Source of the DNA: Gammaproteobacteria bacterium
GTDB taxonomy: Bacteria; Pseudomonadota; Gammaproteobacteria; SURF-13
Direction: 5' to 3'
NCBI GenBank assembly: GCA_038924245.1
Contig: JBCKVB010000001.1
Span: forward strand, 9,798-73,797
DNA: 64,000 bases
Shown here: piece after piece, positions 33,428-40,911 of the stretch
Numbering within the stretch: the first letter of the stretch is position 1
Layout: each line of letters starts with the position of its first letter
Notes under the pieces: generated by a model
What the model was told of the DNA's origin: nothing
Database searches by the model: none
What the model saw: only the letters and a program-made list of their open reading frames with translations
Made by a program: the position numbers and the translations under genes

Positions 33428-33757
33428 ATGAGTACTGACAAATTAAAGCGTCTCCGAGCCGCTGGCTGGAAAGTCGGCAGCGCAGAGGATTTTCTGCAAT
33501 TAAGTGATGAAGAGGCGCGGCTCGTCGCACTCAAGCTCGCGCTGATTAGCGCGGTAAAAAAATCGCGCATCAAACGTAAACTCTCGCAAACTGACCTTGC
33601 GCAACGCATGAAATCGAGTCAATCGCGCATTGCTAAAATTGAAGCGGGCGATTCTTCAGTTTCGCTAGATTTGATCGTACGTGCGCTCATCGCAAGCGGC
33701 GCAACAACGCGCGATATTCAGGCGGCGTTTACGTCAAAAGAACGGATGGCGGCCTAA
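33428..33757 (+). CDS. higA: HigA antitoxin, XRE-family HTH (alternative start at 33413)
   Basis: HTH KLSQTDLAQRMKSSQSRIAKIEAG; directly follows higB with a 2-17 nt spacing. Confidence 0.75.
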   Translation: MSTDKLKRLRAAGWKVGSAEDFLQLSDEEARLVALKLALISAVKKSRIKRKLSQTDLAQRMKSSQSRIAKIEAGDSSVSLDLIVRALIASGATTRDIQAAFTSKERMAA

Positions 33758-33928
33758 CTGTTGCAGCAGCAACGAATACCGCGTTTTGGCCACGCTCGAC
33801 GCGCACCAACACCATGAAGCTCGGCATCATGCGCGAAGCTCGACTTGCATTACGCGACCGTAAGACGTCTTATCAAGGCGGTGGAAGATAAAATGTCATA
33901 AGGCAAGATGTGCCCCCTTTCCCCCACG

Positions 33929-34366
33929 TCAGGTGCGGGCATGGTTTTTCAGCCAGTCCGCAGGGCTTAAGCAAGTGATGGCCGCAGGGGAACGTCCAAG
34001 CATTTCCTTGTCCAGGGTAATCAGGGGAGCGCTCATGCGGCGCGCGAGGGCGACATAAAGGGCATCAGCGCCGCGCAGGAACAAGTTTTGTGCAATGGCC
34101 TCGGCACTCGATGCCAAGTCGGAGTCAACAGGATAAAGCTCAATTTCCAGGAGGGCGCGCATTTCGCGGATGACCCGCGCGGCGTAATCAGGATTGCGCG
34201 TCGGGCGGGAAAATGCGCCTGCTATTTCGACGAACAATGTCGCCGGAGAACATAAAGTGACGGGGTGGGCAACGGTTGCTTCGAGAAAATCCGCGCTGAC
34301 CGAGTGCGCCGGCTCATTTTTCTTGAATGCCGCGACCAGAACGGATGCGTCAATAACAACGCGCAT
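33929..34366 (-). CDS. vapC: PIN-domain toxin VapC (start at MRVVIDASVL)
   Basis: PIN acidic residues (D at VIDASVL, E...D); paired with an upstream overlapping antitoxin. Confidence 0.75.
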   Translation of the reverse strand: MRVVIDASVLVAAFKKNEPAHSVSADFLEATVAHPVTLCSPATLFVEIAGAFSRPTRNPDYAARVIREMRALLEIELYPVDSDLASSAEAIAQNLFLRGADALYVALARRMSAPLITLDKEMLGRSPAAITCLSPADWLKNHART

Positions 34367-34625
34367 CGCGGTCTTCTTGAAGCTGCTGCAAGGCCGATTT
34401 TTTACTTTTCCAGGCAATTGCGTTTTGCTCGGCAAATTTTTCCAGCTTGGTGCGGAACGCCTTGGCGCGTGCCTGTTGCGGCTTGGCTGCAACCCCAGAC
34501 GGCGCGCCTTTTAGTTCCCGCTCCACCGCCGCAGTCACCAACTGCTTCAGCGTCTGACCCCGCATCAAGGCGGCAGCCTTCACCGCACGGAATAGTTCAT
34601 CGGGCATTTCAATAGTGGTTTTCAT
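34350..34625 (-). CDS. vapB: VapB-type antitoxin (start at MKTTIEMPDEL)
   Basis: Small DNA-binding N-terminus MKTTIEMPDELFRAVKAAALMRGQTLKQLV; 17-nt overlap with vapC. Confidence 0.65.
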   Translation of the reverse strand: MKTTIEMPDELFRAVKAAALMRGQTLKQLVTAAVERELKGAPSGVAAKPQQARAKAFRTKLEKFAEQNAIAWKSKKSALQQLQEDRDARCY

Positions 34626-34714
34626 GTCATCTTTCCAACAAACGTTCAGGGTGCACAAGCATCATACCCATAAATATGGGTATGTATCAAGCCGCCAGCC
34701 TGGCCCCTTTTTAC

Positions 34715-34981
34715 TTATCGGTAAATTTCGCGCCGGTTGCCGACCTGCACCACAAGGACGCGCAAAGCGCCATCCTGAATGTCGCAAATCACCCGGCAAT
34801 CGCCCACCCGGTAACGCCAGAAGCCGCCCAGCGGGCCAGTCAATGCTTTGCCTGTGCTGCGTGGGTTTTCCAGCCCGGCGATACGCTCGTCCATGAAATC
34901 AACGATGCGCCGTGCCGTCTGCTTGTCGAGCTTGCGTAGCTGCCCCTTGGCCGTCTCGGCGTAATCAATCGTCCAGGCCAA
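34715..34981 (-). CDS. RelE/ParE-family type II toxin
   Basis: 88 aa; ...GKALTGPLGGFWRYRVGDCRVICDIQDGALRVLVVQVGNRREIY matches the RelE/ParE C-terminal consensus. Confidence 0.8.
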   Translation of the reverse strand: MAWTIDYAETAKGQLRKLDKQTARRIVDFMDERIAGLENPRSTGKALTGPLGGFWRYRVGDCRVICDIQDGALRVLVVQVGNRREIYR

Positions 34982-35192
34982 GGGCTGCTCTCACGTCTGC
35001 GGCGGAATGCACCTGTTCTTGCCCCTTGCGGACACGCTCCAGCACATCAGCAGCAAGGTAGTAGTCCTCCATTTCCTCGATGCCCTGCTCGATGATTTCG
35101 CGCAGGTAGTACGCCTTTGTGCGCCCGGTATGGGATGCGAGGTAGGCTAGCCTTTGCTCGATTTCAGGAGCGAGGCGAATCGAAGTTGCCAT
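34965..35192 (-). CDS. RelB/ParD-like ribbon-helix-helix antitoxin
   Basis: 75 aa; MATSIRLAPEIEQRLAYLASHTGRTKAYYLREIIEQG; overlaps the start of the downstream toxin. Confidence 0.7.
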   Translation of the reverse strand: MATSIRLAPEIEQRLAYLASHTGRTKAYYLREIIEQGIEEMEDYYLAADVLERVRKGQEQVHSAADVRAALGLDD

Positions 35193-35347
35193 GTCAGAGC
35201 CTCCAATTAAATACGTGTATTCACTGTATCACAACACCGTTGTCTTGACCAGCCGGTGCTGCCTCGCGCCGGTTCTATGACCTCGCGCGCTGCACGCTGC
35301 TTTTAGAGCTTGCGGCGCGCCCGCGGCAAACCCACCACCCCGGCGAA

Positions 35348-35614
35348 GTGCTGCGGAAAGACGTGCTACCCGCCTTGGGCATCACCCAAACGGAATTTGC
35401 CAGCCGGCTGGGGGTATCGCGCCTCACCGTGTCGGAACTGCTGCACGAAAAGCGCGCCCTATCCCCGGATATGGCGGTACGCCTGGGCAAGCTGCTCAAC
35501 ACCACCCCGGAAAGCTGGCTGAGAATGCAATACGCCGTGGACTTGTGGGAGTTGACCCACGGCGAGAACGCCAAACGGTATCGAGGCATCAAGCCGCTGG
35601 AAATGGCGGCCTAA
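35348..35614 (+). CDS. HigA-family antitoxin homolog (HTH), orphan and apparently N-terminally truncated
   Basis: VLRKDVLPALGITQTEFASRLGVSRLTVSELLHEKRALSPDMAVRLGKLLNTTPESWLRMQ...; the conserved HPGE lies upstream in frame (…THHPGEV) but no ATG/GTG/TTG start is available there; no adjacent higB. Confidence 0.55.
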   Translation: MLRKDVLPALGITQTEFASRLGVSRLTVSELLHEKRALSPDMAVRLGKLLNTTPESWLRMQYAVDLWELTHGENAKRYRGIKPLEMAA

Positions 35615-35649
35615 GTTTCGCCAAGTGATAAAGGGTTGCGTCCACTTTG
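35506..35649. repeat. Direct repeat A (higA 3' end plus a 35-bp tail); identical copy at 37236-37379
   Basis: About 143 bp identical between the two loci. Confidence 0.8.
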
Positions 35650-35654
35650 TTTAG

Positions 35655-35800
35655 CTCCGCGGTCATCAACAAGCGCGCTGGCGGCATGGGTTTGATCTCC
35701 GGACGCAAGGCGTTCCAGAGGCCGCTGAAGGATGGCGCTGAGTTGCTGCACGCGATAACAGGATGTGTACCTGGAAAAGGTCGTGACCGTCGCGTGACGG
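35655..35800. repeat. Direct repeat B (encodes the C-terminal fragment ...[37 protein letters not shown]... of an unidentified gene); diverged copy at 36990-37135
   Basis: About 85-90% identity between copies; the copy-2 reading frame is intact to a TGA while copy 1 has a 1-bp insertion. Confidence 0.7.
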
Positions 35801-35949
35801 GCGTAGCGCGTGCAGCGTGGATACTTCCAAGGCGGAACACTTTTTCTTAGAATAGCCGTCCAGATGTGCTAAACTTAGCACGTAAGCGGCTGACATATTG
35901 CCGAATGCAGGTCAGATCGTAAACCGATCTCTTAGGAAGGAGCCAAGCT

Positions 35950-36513
35950 ATGCCACAGGTCGCCAGAGCCGAAGCCCTCATGCCCTCACAAATCAAGTTC
36001 CATTTCGATCCAGAAAAAGCCGTAGAGGTGATTCTCTACATCGCTAATCGTGTTGCCGATACGGGCTTTCACCGCATTTCCAAAATTCTTTATTTCTCCG
36101 ACCGGGATCATTTGGCGAAGTACGGGCGCTTCATCTGTGGCGACAGTTATGTCGCCATGAAGCATGGCCCAGTCCCGAGCGGTACTTACGATATCCTCAA
36201 GCACGTACGCGGTGATGGTTTACCGTGCCTTGTTCCCCATGCCGCTGAATCCTTCAGCGTCGAAAACGGCAACAGAGTTATTCCACTCAAAGACGCTGAC
36301 CTCGGCGTGCTGAGCGACTCTGAAAGAGAATGCCTGGATGCGGCGATTACCAAGTATGGAAAAATGCCGTTCAAGAAACTCACCGAACTGAGTCACGACA
36401 GGGCGTGGAATTCGGCCGATGAGAACGAGTTCATCGAGGTAGAACAGATCGTCGCCACGCTACCAGACACCAAGCATTTGCTGGAACATCTCGCCAATCC
36501 CTACCCCGATTAA
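35950..36513 (+). CDS. Panacea (DUF4065) domain protein, PanA/SocA-like candidate antitoxin
   Basis: 187 aa; ISKILYFSDRDHLAKYGRFICGDSYVAMKHGPVPSGTYDILK fits the Panacea-domain core (KLQKLLYFA...G.PL....F.A...GPV....Y); strong GGAAGGAG RBS. Confidence 0.65.
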   Translation: MPQVARAEALMPSQIKFHFDPEKAVEVILYIANRVADTGFHRISKILYFSDRDHLAKYGRFICGDSYVAMKHGPVPSGTYDILKHVRGDGLPCLVPHAAESFSVENGNRVIPLKDADLGVLSDSERECLDAAITKYGKMPFKKLTELSHDRAWNSADENEFIEVEQIVATLPDTKHLLEHLANPYPD

Positions 36514-36519
36514 GCCGAC

Positions 36520-36978
36520 GTGCAAGTCTGGGATCGTCTTCCACCAGAGGAGCAGCGCAAATACATCAGCGCACGTCTGACACCCGGCCGGGTGCTACTG
36601 CTTTACTGCGACTTCACAATACCGCCGAAGGACAAGTTTCTCGTCCTTGCCTGCATCGAACCGGAACCGTTGTTTCTGGTCATTAACTCCCAACTATCCG
36701 AGTTCATACGAAAACGGGAATGGTTGCTTCAATGCCAAGTCAGCATCAAACATGAAGACCATCCATTTCTTAAACACCATTCCTACATAGACTGTACGAG
36801 CGCCCACAAAGTCACATCGCGTGACATCTATGAACAACTCGAAAAGGACATCAAAAAGGTAAAAGACGAAATCAGCAAAGACACCCGCGATCAGATTCGC
36901 GCCGCCGTTAAATTCTCGAAGACACTGCCTGCCAGACACAAATTAGACATCCTGGCTGCGTTAGGTCAAAACACCTGA
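36520..36978 (+). CDS. Hypothetical protein, candidate toxin partner of the Panacea-domain gene (GTG start 6 nt after the upstream stop)
   Basis: 152 aa with no recognisable family; translationally coupled to the Panacea gene; the two-gene cassette is flanked by repeats B/B'. Confidence 0.45.
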   Translation: MQVWDRLPPEEQRKYISARLTPGRVLLLYCDFTIPPKDKFLVLACIEPEPLFLVINSQLSEFIRKREWLLQCQVSIKHEDHPFLKHHSYIDCTSAHKVTSRDIYEQLEKDIKKVKDEISKDTRDQIRAAVKFSKTLPARHKLDILAALGQNT

Positions 36979-36989
36979 TGCACAGGCGG

Positions 36990-37135
36990 TGCGCACCGCG
37001 GTCATCAACAAGCGCGCGGACGGTATGGGGTTGATCTCAGGACGCAAGGCGTTCCAGGGGCCGCTGAAGGGTGGCGTTGAACTGCTGCACGCGATACAGG
37101 ATGTGTATTTTGAACAAGCGGTCACCATCGCGTGA
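36990..37135. repeat. Repeat B' (diverged copy of 35655-35800)
   Basis: See repeat B. Confidence 0.7.
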
Positions 37136-37204
37136 TGCATGCAGGGCCGTAGCGCCGAATGGTTAACTTCCACATTCGGCGCAATGCCATTCGGTTATTG
37201 CGCC

Positions 37205-37345
37205 TACCGCGCTGCTGCACGAAAAGCGCGCCCTACCCCGGAAAGCTGGCTGAGAATGCAATACGCCGTGGACTTGTGGGAGTTGACCCACGGCGAGAAC
37301 GCCAAACGGTATCGAGGCATCAAGCCGCTGGAAATGGCGGCCTAA
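37205..37345 (+). pseudogene. higA remnant: 3' portion of a HigA-family antitoxin gene with an internal deletion
   Basis: ...LLHEKRALP|ESWLRMQYAVDLWELTHGENAKRYRGIKPLEMAA is identical to the 3' end of 35348-35614 but lacks about 45 bp between short ccc(c)gg repeats. Confidence 0.65.
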
Positions 37346-37379
37346 GTTTCGCCAAGTGATAAAGGGTTGCGTCCACTTT
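37236..37379. repeat. Repeat A' (identical copy of 35506-35649)
   Basis: See repeat A. Confidence 0.8.
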
Positions 37380-37656
37380 GGTCGAGGCGGTGGCATTCCA
37401 AAGAAAGGGTTGCGTCACCTTTGTGTGTGGGTAGAATCGAGCAGCAAAAGCCGGATATTTTTTTGGCAGGTCTGCTTGACAGATATAAAGTATAGGCCTG
37501 ACCGCGATGATCGGCCTGAGAACAAAATTAAACTACTAAAATATCAGTATTGATTAACATTGTTCCAATTATGAGTGTTGCAAATTGCACTTTATAGTGG
37601 ACCCCGAATTTGAGACAGTAGTTTAAGCTGTAGTCCGATGAAGAAGGAGTCGGGCG

Positions 37657-37950
37657 ATGAGCGGAACGAAGCGAAAAGTATTTGGGGCGGAATTCAAGGC
37701 CAAGGTGGGCCTGGAAGCGATCCATGGGGTCAAGACACTCAACCAGATCGCGCAGGAGCACGGCGTGCATCCGGTGCAGGTAGGCCAGTGGAAGAAAGAG
37801 ATATTGGAACGCGCTGGCAGCCTGTTTGAAGGCAAGCGCGGCCCCAAGGCGGTGAACGAGCACAGCGAGCCAGAGCGGCTCTACGGCGAGATCGGCCGGT
37901 TGAAGATGGAGTTGGACTGGCTCAAAAAAAAGTCCGGGTTGGGCCAGTAG
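37657..37950 (+). CDS. IS3-family transposase OrfA (HTH)
   Basis: 97 aa; KVFGAEFKAKVGLEAIHGVKTLNQIAQEHGVHPVQVGQWKKE...leucine zipper LKMELDWLKK. Confidence 0.85.
   Translation: MSGTKRKVFGAEFKAKVGLEAIHGVKTLNQIAQEHGVHPVQVGQWKKEILERAGSLFEGKRGPKAVNEHSEPERLYGEIGRLKMELDWLKKKSGLGQ
37924..37932 (+). promoter_or_regulatory. Programmed -1 ribosomal frameshift slippery site A AAA AAA AG
   Basis: Run of 8 A's followed by G at the orfA/orfB overlap, as in IS3/IS150-type elements. Confidence 0.7.
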
Positions 37951-37985
37951 CAAGCAGGCGCGCATGGATCGAGCCTGAAGCGGTA

Positions 37986-38867
37986 ATGCCGATGGTACGG
38001 CAGTGTGAGCTGGCGGGTGTCTCCCGCGCCACGGTGTATGCGCAGCGTGTAACCCAGCCGATAATCGAACAGGACTTGGAGTTGCTGCGCCTGATCGACG
38101 AACAGTACACCCGCCGCCCGTTTTACGGCAGCCGGAAAATGGTCTCGTTCCTGAGGGTGCAAGGCCTCCGGGTCAACCGCAAGCGTGTGCAGCGGCTGAT
38201 GCGCATCCTGGGCTTGGCGGGCACGGCGCCGGGGCCGGACACCAGCCGCCCGCACCCGCGGCACAAGGTCTATCCGTACCTGTTGCGCGGCGTGGCGGTG
38301 ACGAGACCGAACCAGGTGTGGAGCACCGACATCACCTACATCCGGCTGACGCATGGCTTCGTCTACTTGGTGGCGGTGATCGACTGGTACAGCAGAAAAG
38401 TATTGAGCTGGAGAATCAGCAACACGCTGGACACGGCGTTCTGTGTAGACTGTTTGGAAGAAGCATTACAGCGGTATGGCAATCCTGAGATATTCAATAC
38501 CGATCAGGGCTGCCAGTTCACCAGTGAGAGCTTCACTGGTGTGCTCAAAGCCAACGGCATCGCCATCAGCATGGACGGACGCGGGCGGGCACTGGACAAC
38601 ATCTTTGTGGAACGGCTATGGCGCAGCGTGAAATACGAAGACGTATATTTGAAAGGCTACGCCAACCCGATGGAATTGATGATCGGACTGACGGAATACT
38701 TTGTGTTTTACAATGGCGAAAGACCGCACCAGTCGTTAGGCAACCGTACACCGGCAGAGGTATACGCGACGGCCAGCGGGGGCGGCGCAAGGATCGTAGA
38801 CAAGTTCAGCAAGAATGGGGCAGCGCCATGCGGCTGCGAGCAGGACGGACAGACCAGCTTAAACTAG
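37986..38867 (+). CDS. IS3-family transposase OrfB (DDE/rve integrase core); expressed as an OrfAB fusion from about 37930
   Basis: 293 aa; ...WSTDITYIRL...VIDWYSRKVLSW...NTDQGCQFTS...FVERLWRSVKYE DDE motif. Confidence 0.85.
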   Translation: MPMVRQCELAGVSRATVYAQRVTQPIIEQDLELLRLIDEQYTRRPFYGSRKMVSFLRVQGLRVNRKRVQRLMRILGLAGTAPGPDTSRPHPRHKVYPYLLRGVAVTRPNQVWSTDITYIRLTHGFVYLVAVIDWYSRKVLSWRISNTLDTAFCVDCLEEALQRYGNPEIFNTDQGCQFTSESFTGVLKANGIAISMDGRGRALDNIFVERLWRSVKYEDVYLKGYANPMELMIGLTEYFVFYNGERPHQSLGNRTPAEVYATASGGGARIVDKFSKNGAAPCGCEQDGQTSLN

Positions 38868-39205
38868 ACTGATTTCTGTCTTGACGGATGGGTCCACTGT
38901 AAGCGGTCCTGCGTCAACTGAATATCTCTTTGCTGGTTCTTCTTGCTGCCACCGCCTAGAAGAATGACCAATGCATTACCCACCTGACCGAAATAAATCC
39001 GGTAGCCCGGGCCAAAATCAATTTTGTATTCGGAGATTCCCTTCGCCAAGTGTTTGGCATTTTAGAAGTTGCCCTGCTCCATCCGATAGAGTCCTGTAGC
39101 CACCTTCGCTGCGGCCACTGGATCAAGCCGACTAAACCAGCGACTGAACGGTGACTTACCGTCCGGCTCCAAGTATTCGCTAACCTGTCGTAGCGTTATG
39201 TCCAT
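38864..39205 (-). pseudogene. HigB-like 'addiction module killer' toxin gene with an in-frame TAA at 39062-39064 and its 3' end replaced by the IS3 terminus
   Basis: MDITLRQVSEYLEPDGKSPFSRWFSRLDPVAAAKVATGLYRMEQGNF*NAKHLAKGISEYKIDFGPGYRIYFGQVGNALVILLGGGSKKNQQRDI fits the family consensus (…GNFGD.K.VG.GV.E.RID.GPGYR.YF…ILLCGGDK..Q..DI). Confidence 0.7.
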
Positions 39206-39347
39206 ATGGTAACTTATAAGTTACTTTTGTCAATACGCGGAAGGGGGATTGATGAATCAGTAGCGTAGCGATACGCGCCATAGACAATCATCGCATCGCC
39301 GAGTGATAACATGCTTTCCGCGCGGCAAGTTGAGGGCCGCCCCATGC

Positions 39348-39752
39348 TCATGCCTGCCTCACCCCTTCCAGAAAATCCTTTAACGATAGCATCCGGACTC
39401 CCCGATAGACGTCCAACCGCAGCATCGCCTGATCCCCTGTTACGATCACGTCCGCCTTTCCGGTAACAGCGCACTCGAGAATCCGGTTGTCTGGCTCATC
39501 GTGCAGTATCTTGAGCCGGCGACGGGGTGTTACGACCTCTGCGAGTTCTGACAGGTATACCGCTGTACGCGCCAGTTGCTCCAGATTGCGGTCAAATTTG
39601 CGCGCCAGGACATTGAGTACTTCGTGGATGATATCCTTGGAAATAGTCAGATGCACATCGCCTTCGATCACCCTGAGGATGGCCGCCTCCGCCCGGCCAC
39701 CCGGGATGGCAAATGCTGAAATGAAAATATTGGTGTCGAAGACCGCCCTCAC
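39348..39752 (-). CDS. PIN-domain toxin (VapC-like)
   Basis: 134 aa; MRAVFDTNIFISAF...ECAVTGKADVIVTGD. Confidence 0.75.
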   Translation of the reverse strand: MRAVFDTNIFISAFAIPGGRAEAAILRVIEGDVHLTISKDIIHEVLNVLARKFDRNLEQLARTAVYLSELAEVVTPRRRLKILHDEPDNRILECAVTGKADVIVTGDQAMLRLDVYRGVRMLSLKDFLEGVRQA

Positions 39753-39997
39753 TTGCGGAGGTAACGCTCCAGGTCCTTCTCTGTAAGAAGGCCCTTTTCC
39801 TTGGCCTTGCGACTCCAGTAGCCCTGAATGCCGCGCAGGTCGGCTTTAAGCCGTGACGCGCGTGCAGCCCGCAGCGCGTCCTGCACCACGGCGCTCAGGG
39901 TTTTGCCCTCAGCGCGAGCAATGGCCTCTGCTTCTTTGGCAAGCTCGGGCGAAAGCGAGATAGTCTTTTTGACGGCGGTTCCCATAGACGGCCTCAC
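39749..39997 (-). CDS. Ribbon-helix-helix (CopG/Arc-type) antitoxin for the PIN toxin (alternative start at 39985)
   Basis: 82 aa; KKTISLSPELAKEAEAIARAEGKTLSAVVQDALR; ATGA start/stop overlap with the PIN toxin gene. Confidence 0.65.
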   Translation of the reverse strand: MRPSMGTAVKKTISLSPELAKEAEAIARAEGKTLSAVVQDALRAARASRLKADLRGIQGYWSRKAKEKGLLTEKDLERYLRK

Positions 39998-40056
39998 ATC
40001 AGATAGTATGAATAAATCATACCAGCATGGGTTGGCCTGTCAAGCAGACACCAAGA

Positions 40057-40149
40057 TGGCGGAGAGGGTGGGATTCGAACCCACGTGGCGGGATGAACCG
40101 CCCATCCGATTTCGAGTCGGCGCCGTTATGACCGCTTCGGTACCTCTCC
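40057..40149 (-). tRNA. tRNA-Ser (anticodon CGA)
   Basis: Reverse complement GGAGAGGTACCGAAGCGGTCATAACGGCGCCGACTCGAAATCGGATGGGCGGTTCATCCCGCCACGTGGGTTCGAATCCCACCCTCTCCGCCA; long variable arm. Confidence 0.85.
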
Positions 40150-40218
40150 GGGGAAATTTTGACAACGCCGTGGCGGTGCGCAACGGCTATTTTAACTTAA
40201 ATAAGGCGACCCGTCCTT

Positions 40219-40896
40219 TCAGCCATTAAGCAATTGGCGCACCAGGGGGATGGTCAGTTTGCGCTGCGCGGCGAGGGAGGCGATATCGAGGCGTTGCAGG
40301 AATTCAAGCAGCCCTGACAAATCGCGTGTTGAGCGCGCAAGCAGAAAACGTCCCACCTCATCTGGCAGTTCAATACCCCGATTGCGCGCGCGCTGTTGTA
40401 GGGCGGCCAGCTTGTCCGCATCCTGCAAGGGGTGCAGTTGCAGCACCAGCCCCCATGAGAGCCGGGAGGCCAAATCGGGCAACATGACCGGCAATACCGC
40501 TGGCGCCGTAGCGGCGGCCATGATCAGGCGCGCGCCGCTGTCGCGCACGCGGTTGTACAAATGGAACAGCGCCCTCTCCCACTCCGGATGACCGGCGATG
40601 GCTTGCACGTCATCCAGACAAATCAGCGCAAGCTGCTCCAGTCCATCAAAAACCGTAGTGGAAAGTTCCCTTATCTGAGCCAGAGGAAGATAGGCTGACT
40701 GTAACTCCTGTTGTGCCGCCGCCTGGCAAACGGCTTGCAGCAAATGAGTTTTGCCCGATGCGGGCGCTCCCCATAAATAAATCAGCGGCTGCGCGGCGTC
40801 TTGCAGCGCCGCCATGACCTCGTGATTGCCGCCTGGGATAAAATTGGCAAGGCTCGCGCTGTCGTTAAGCGTGACTTGCAGTGGCAACTGAGTCAT
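40219..40896 (-). CDS. hda: DnaA regulatory inactivator Hda
   Basis: 225 aa; AAA+ Walker A GAPASGKTHLL and DnaA domain III-like features. Confidence 0.85.
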   Translation of the reverse strand: MTQLPLQVTLNDSASLANFIPGGNHEVMAALQDAAQPLIYLWGAPASGKTHLLQAVCQAAAQQELQSAYLPLAQIRELSTTVFDGLEQLALICLDDVQAIAGHPEWERALFHLYNRVRDSGARLIMAAATAPAVLPVMLPDLASRLSWGLVLQLHPLQDADKLAALQQRARNRGIELPDEVGRFLLARSTRDLSGLLEFLQRLDIASLAAQRKLTIPLVRQLLNG

Positions 40897-40911
40897 CGGC
40901 CGTCACCCCGG

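Larger units (their letters stand above)
37611..38884 (+). mobile_element. IS3-family insertion sequence (about 1.27 kb) with orfA/orfB and a programmed -1 frameshift
   Basis: TG...CA ends; imperfect terminal inverted repeats share TAGTTTAAGCTG; an A8G slippery site lies between orfA and orfB. Confidence 0.8.
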
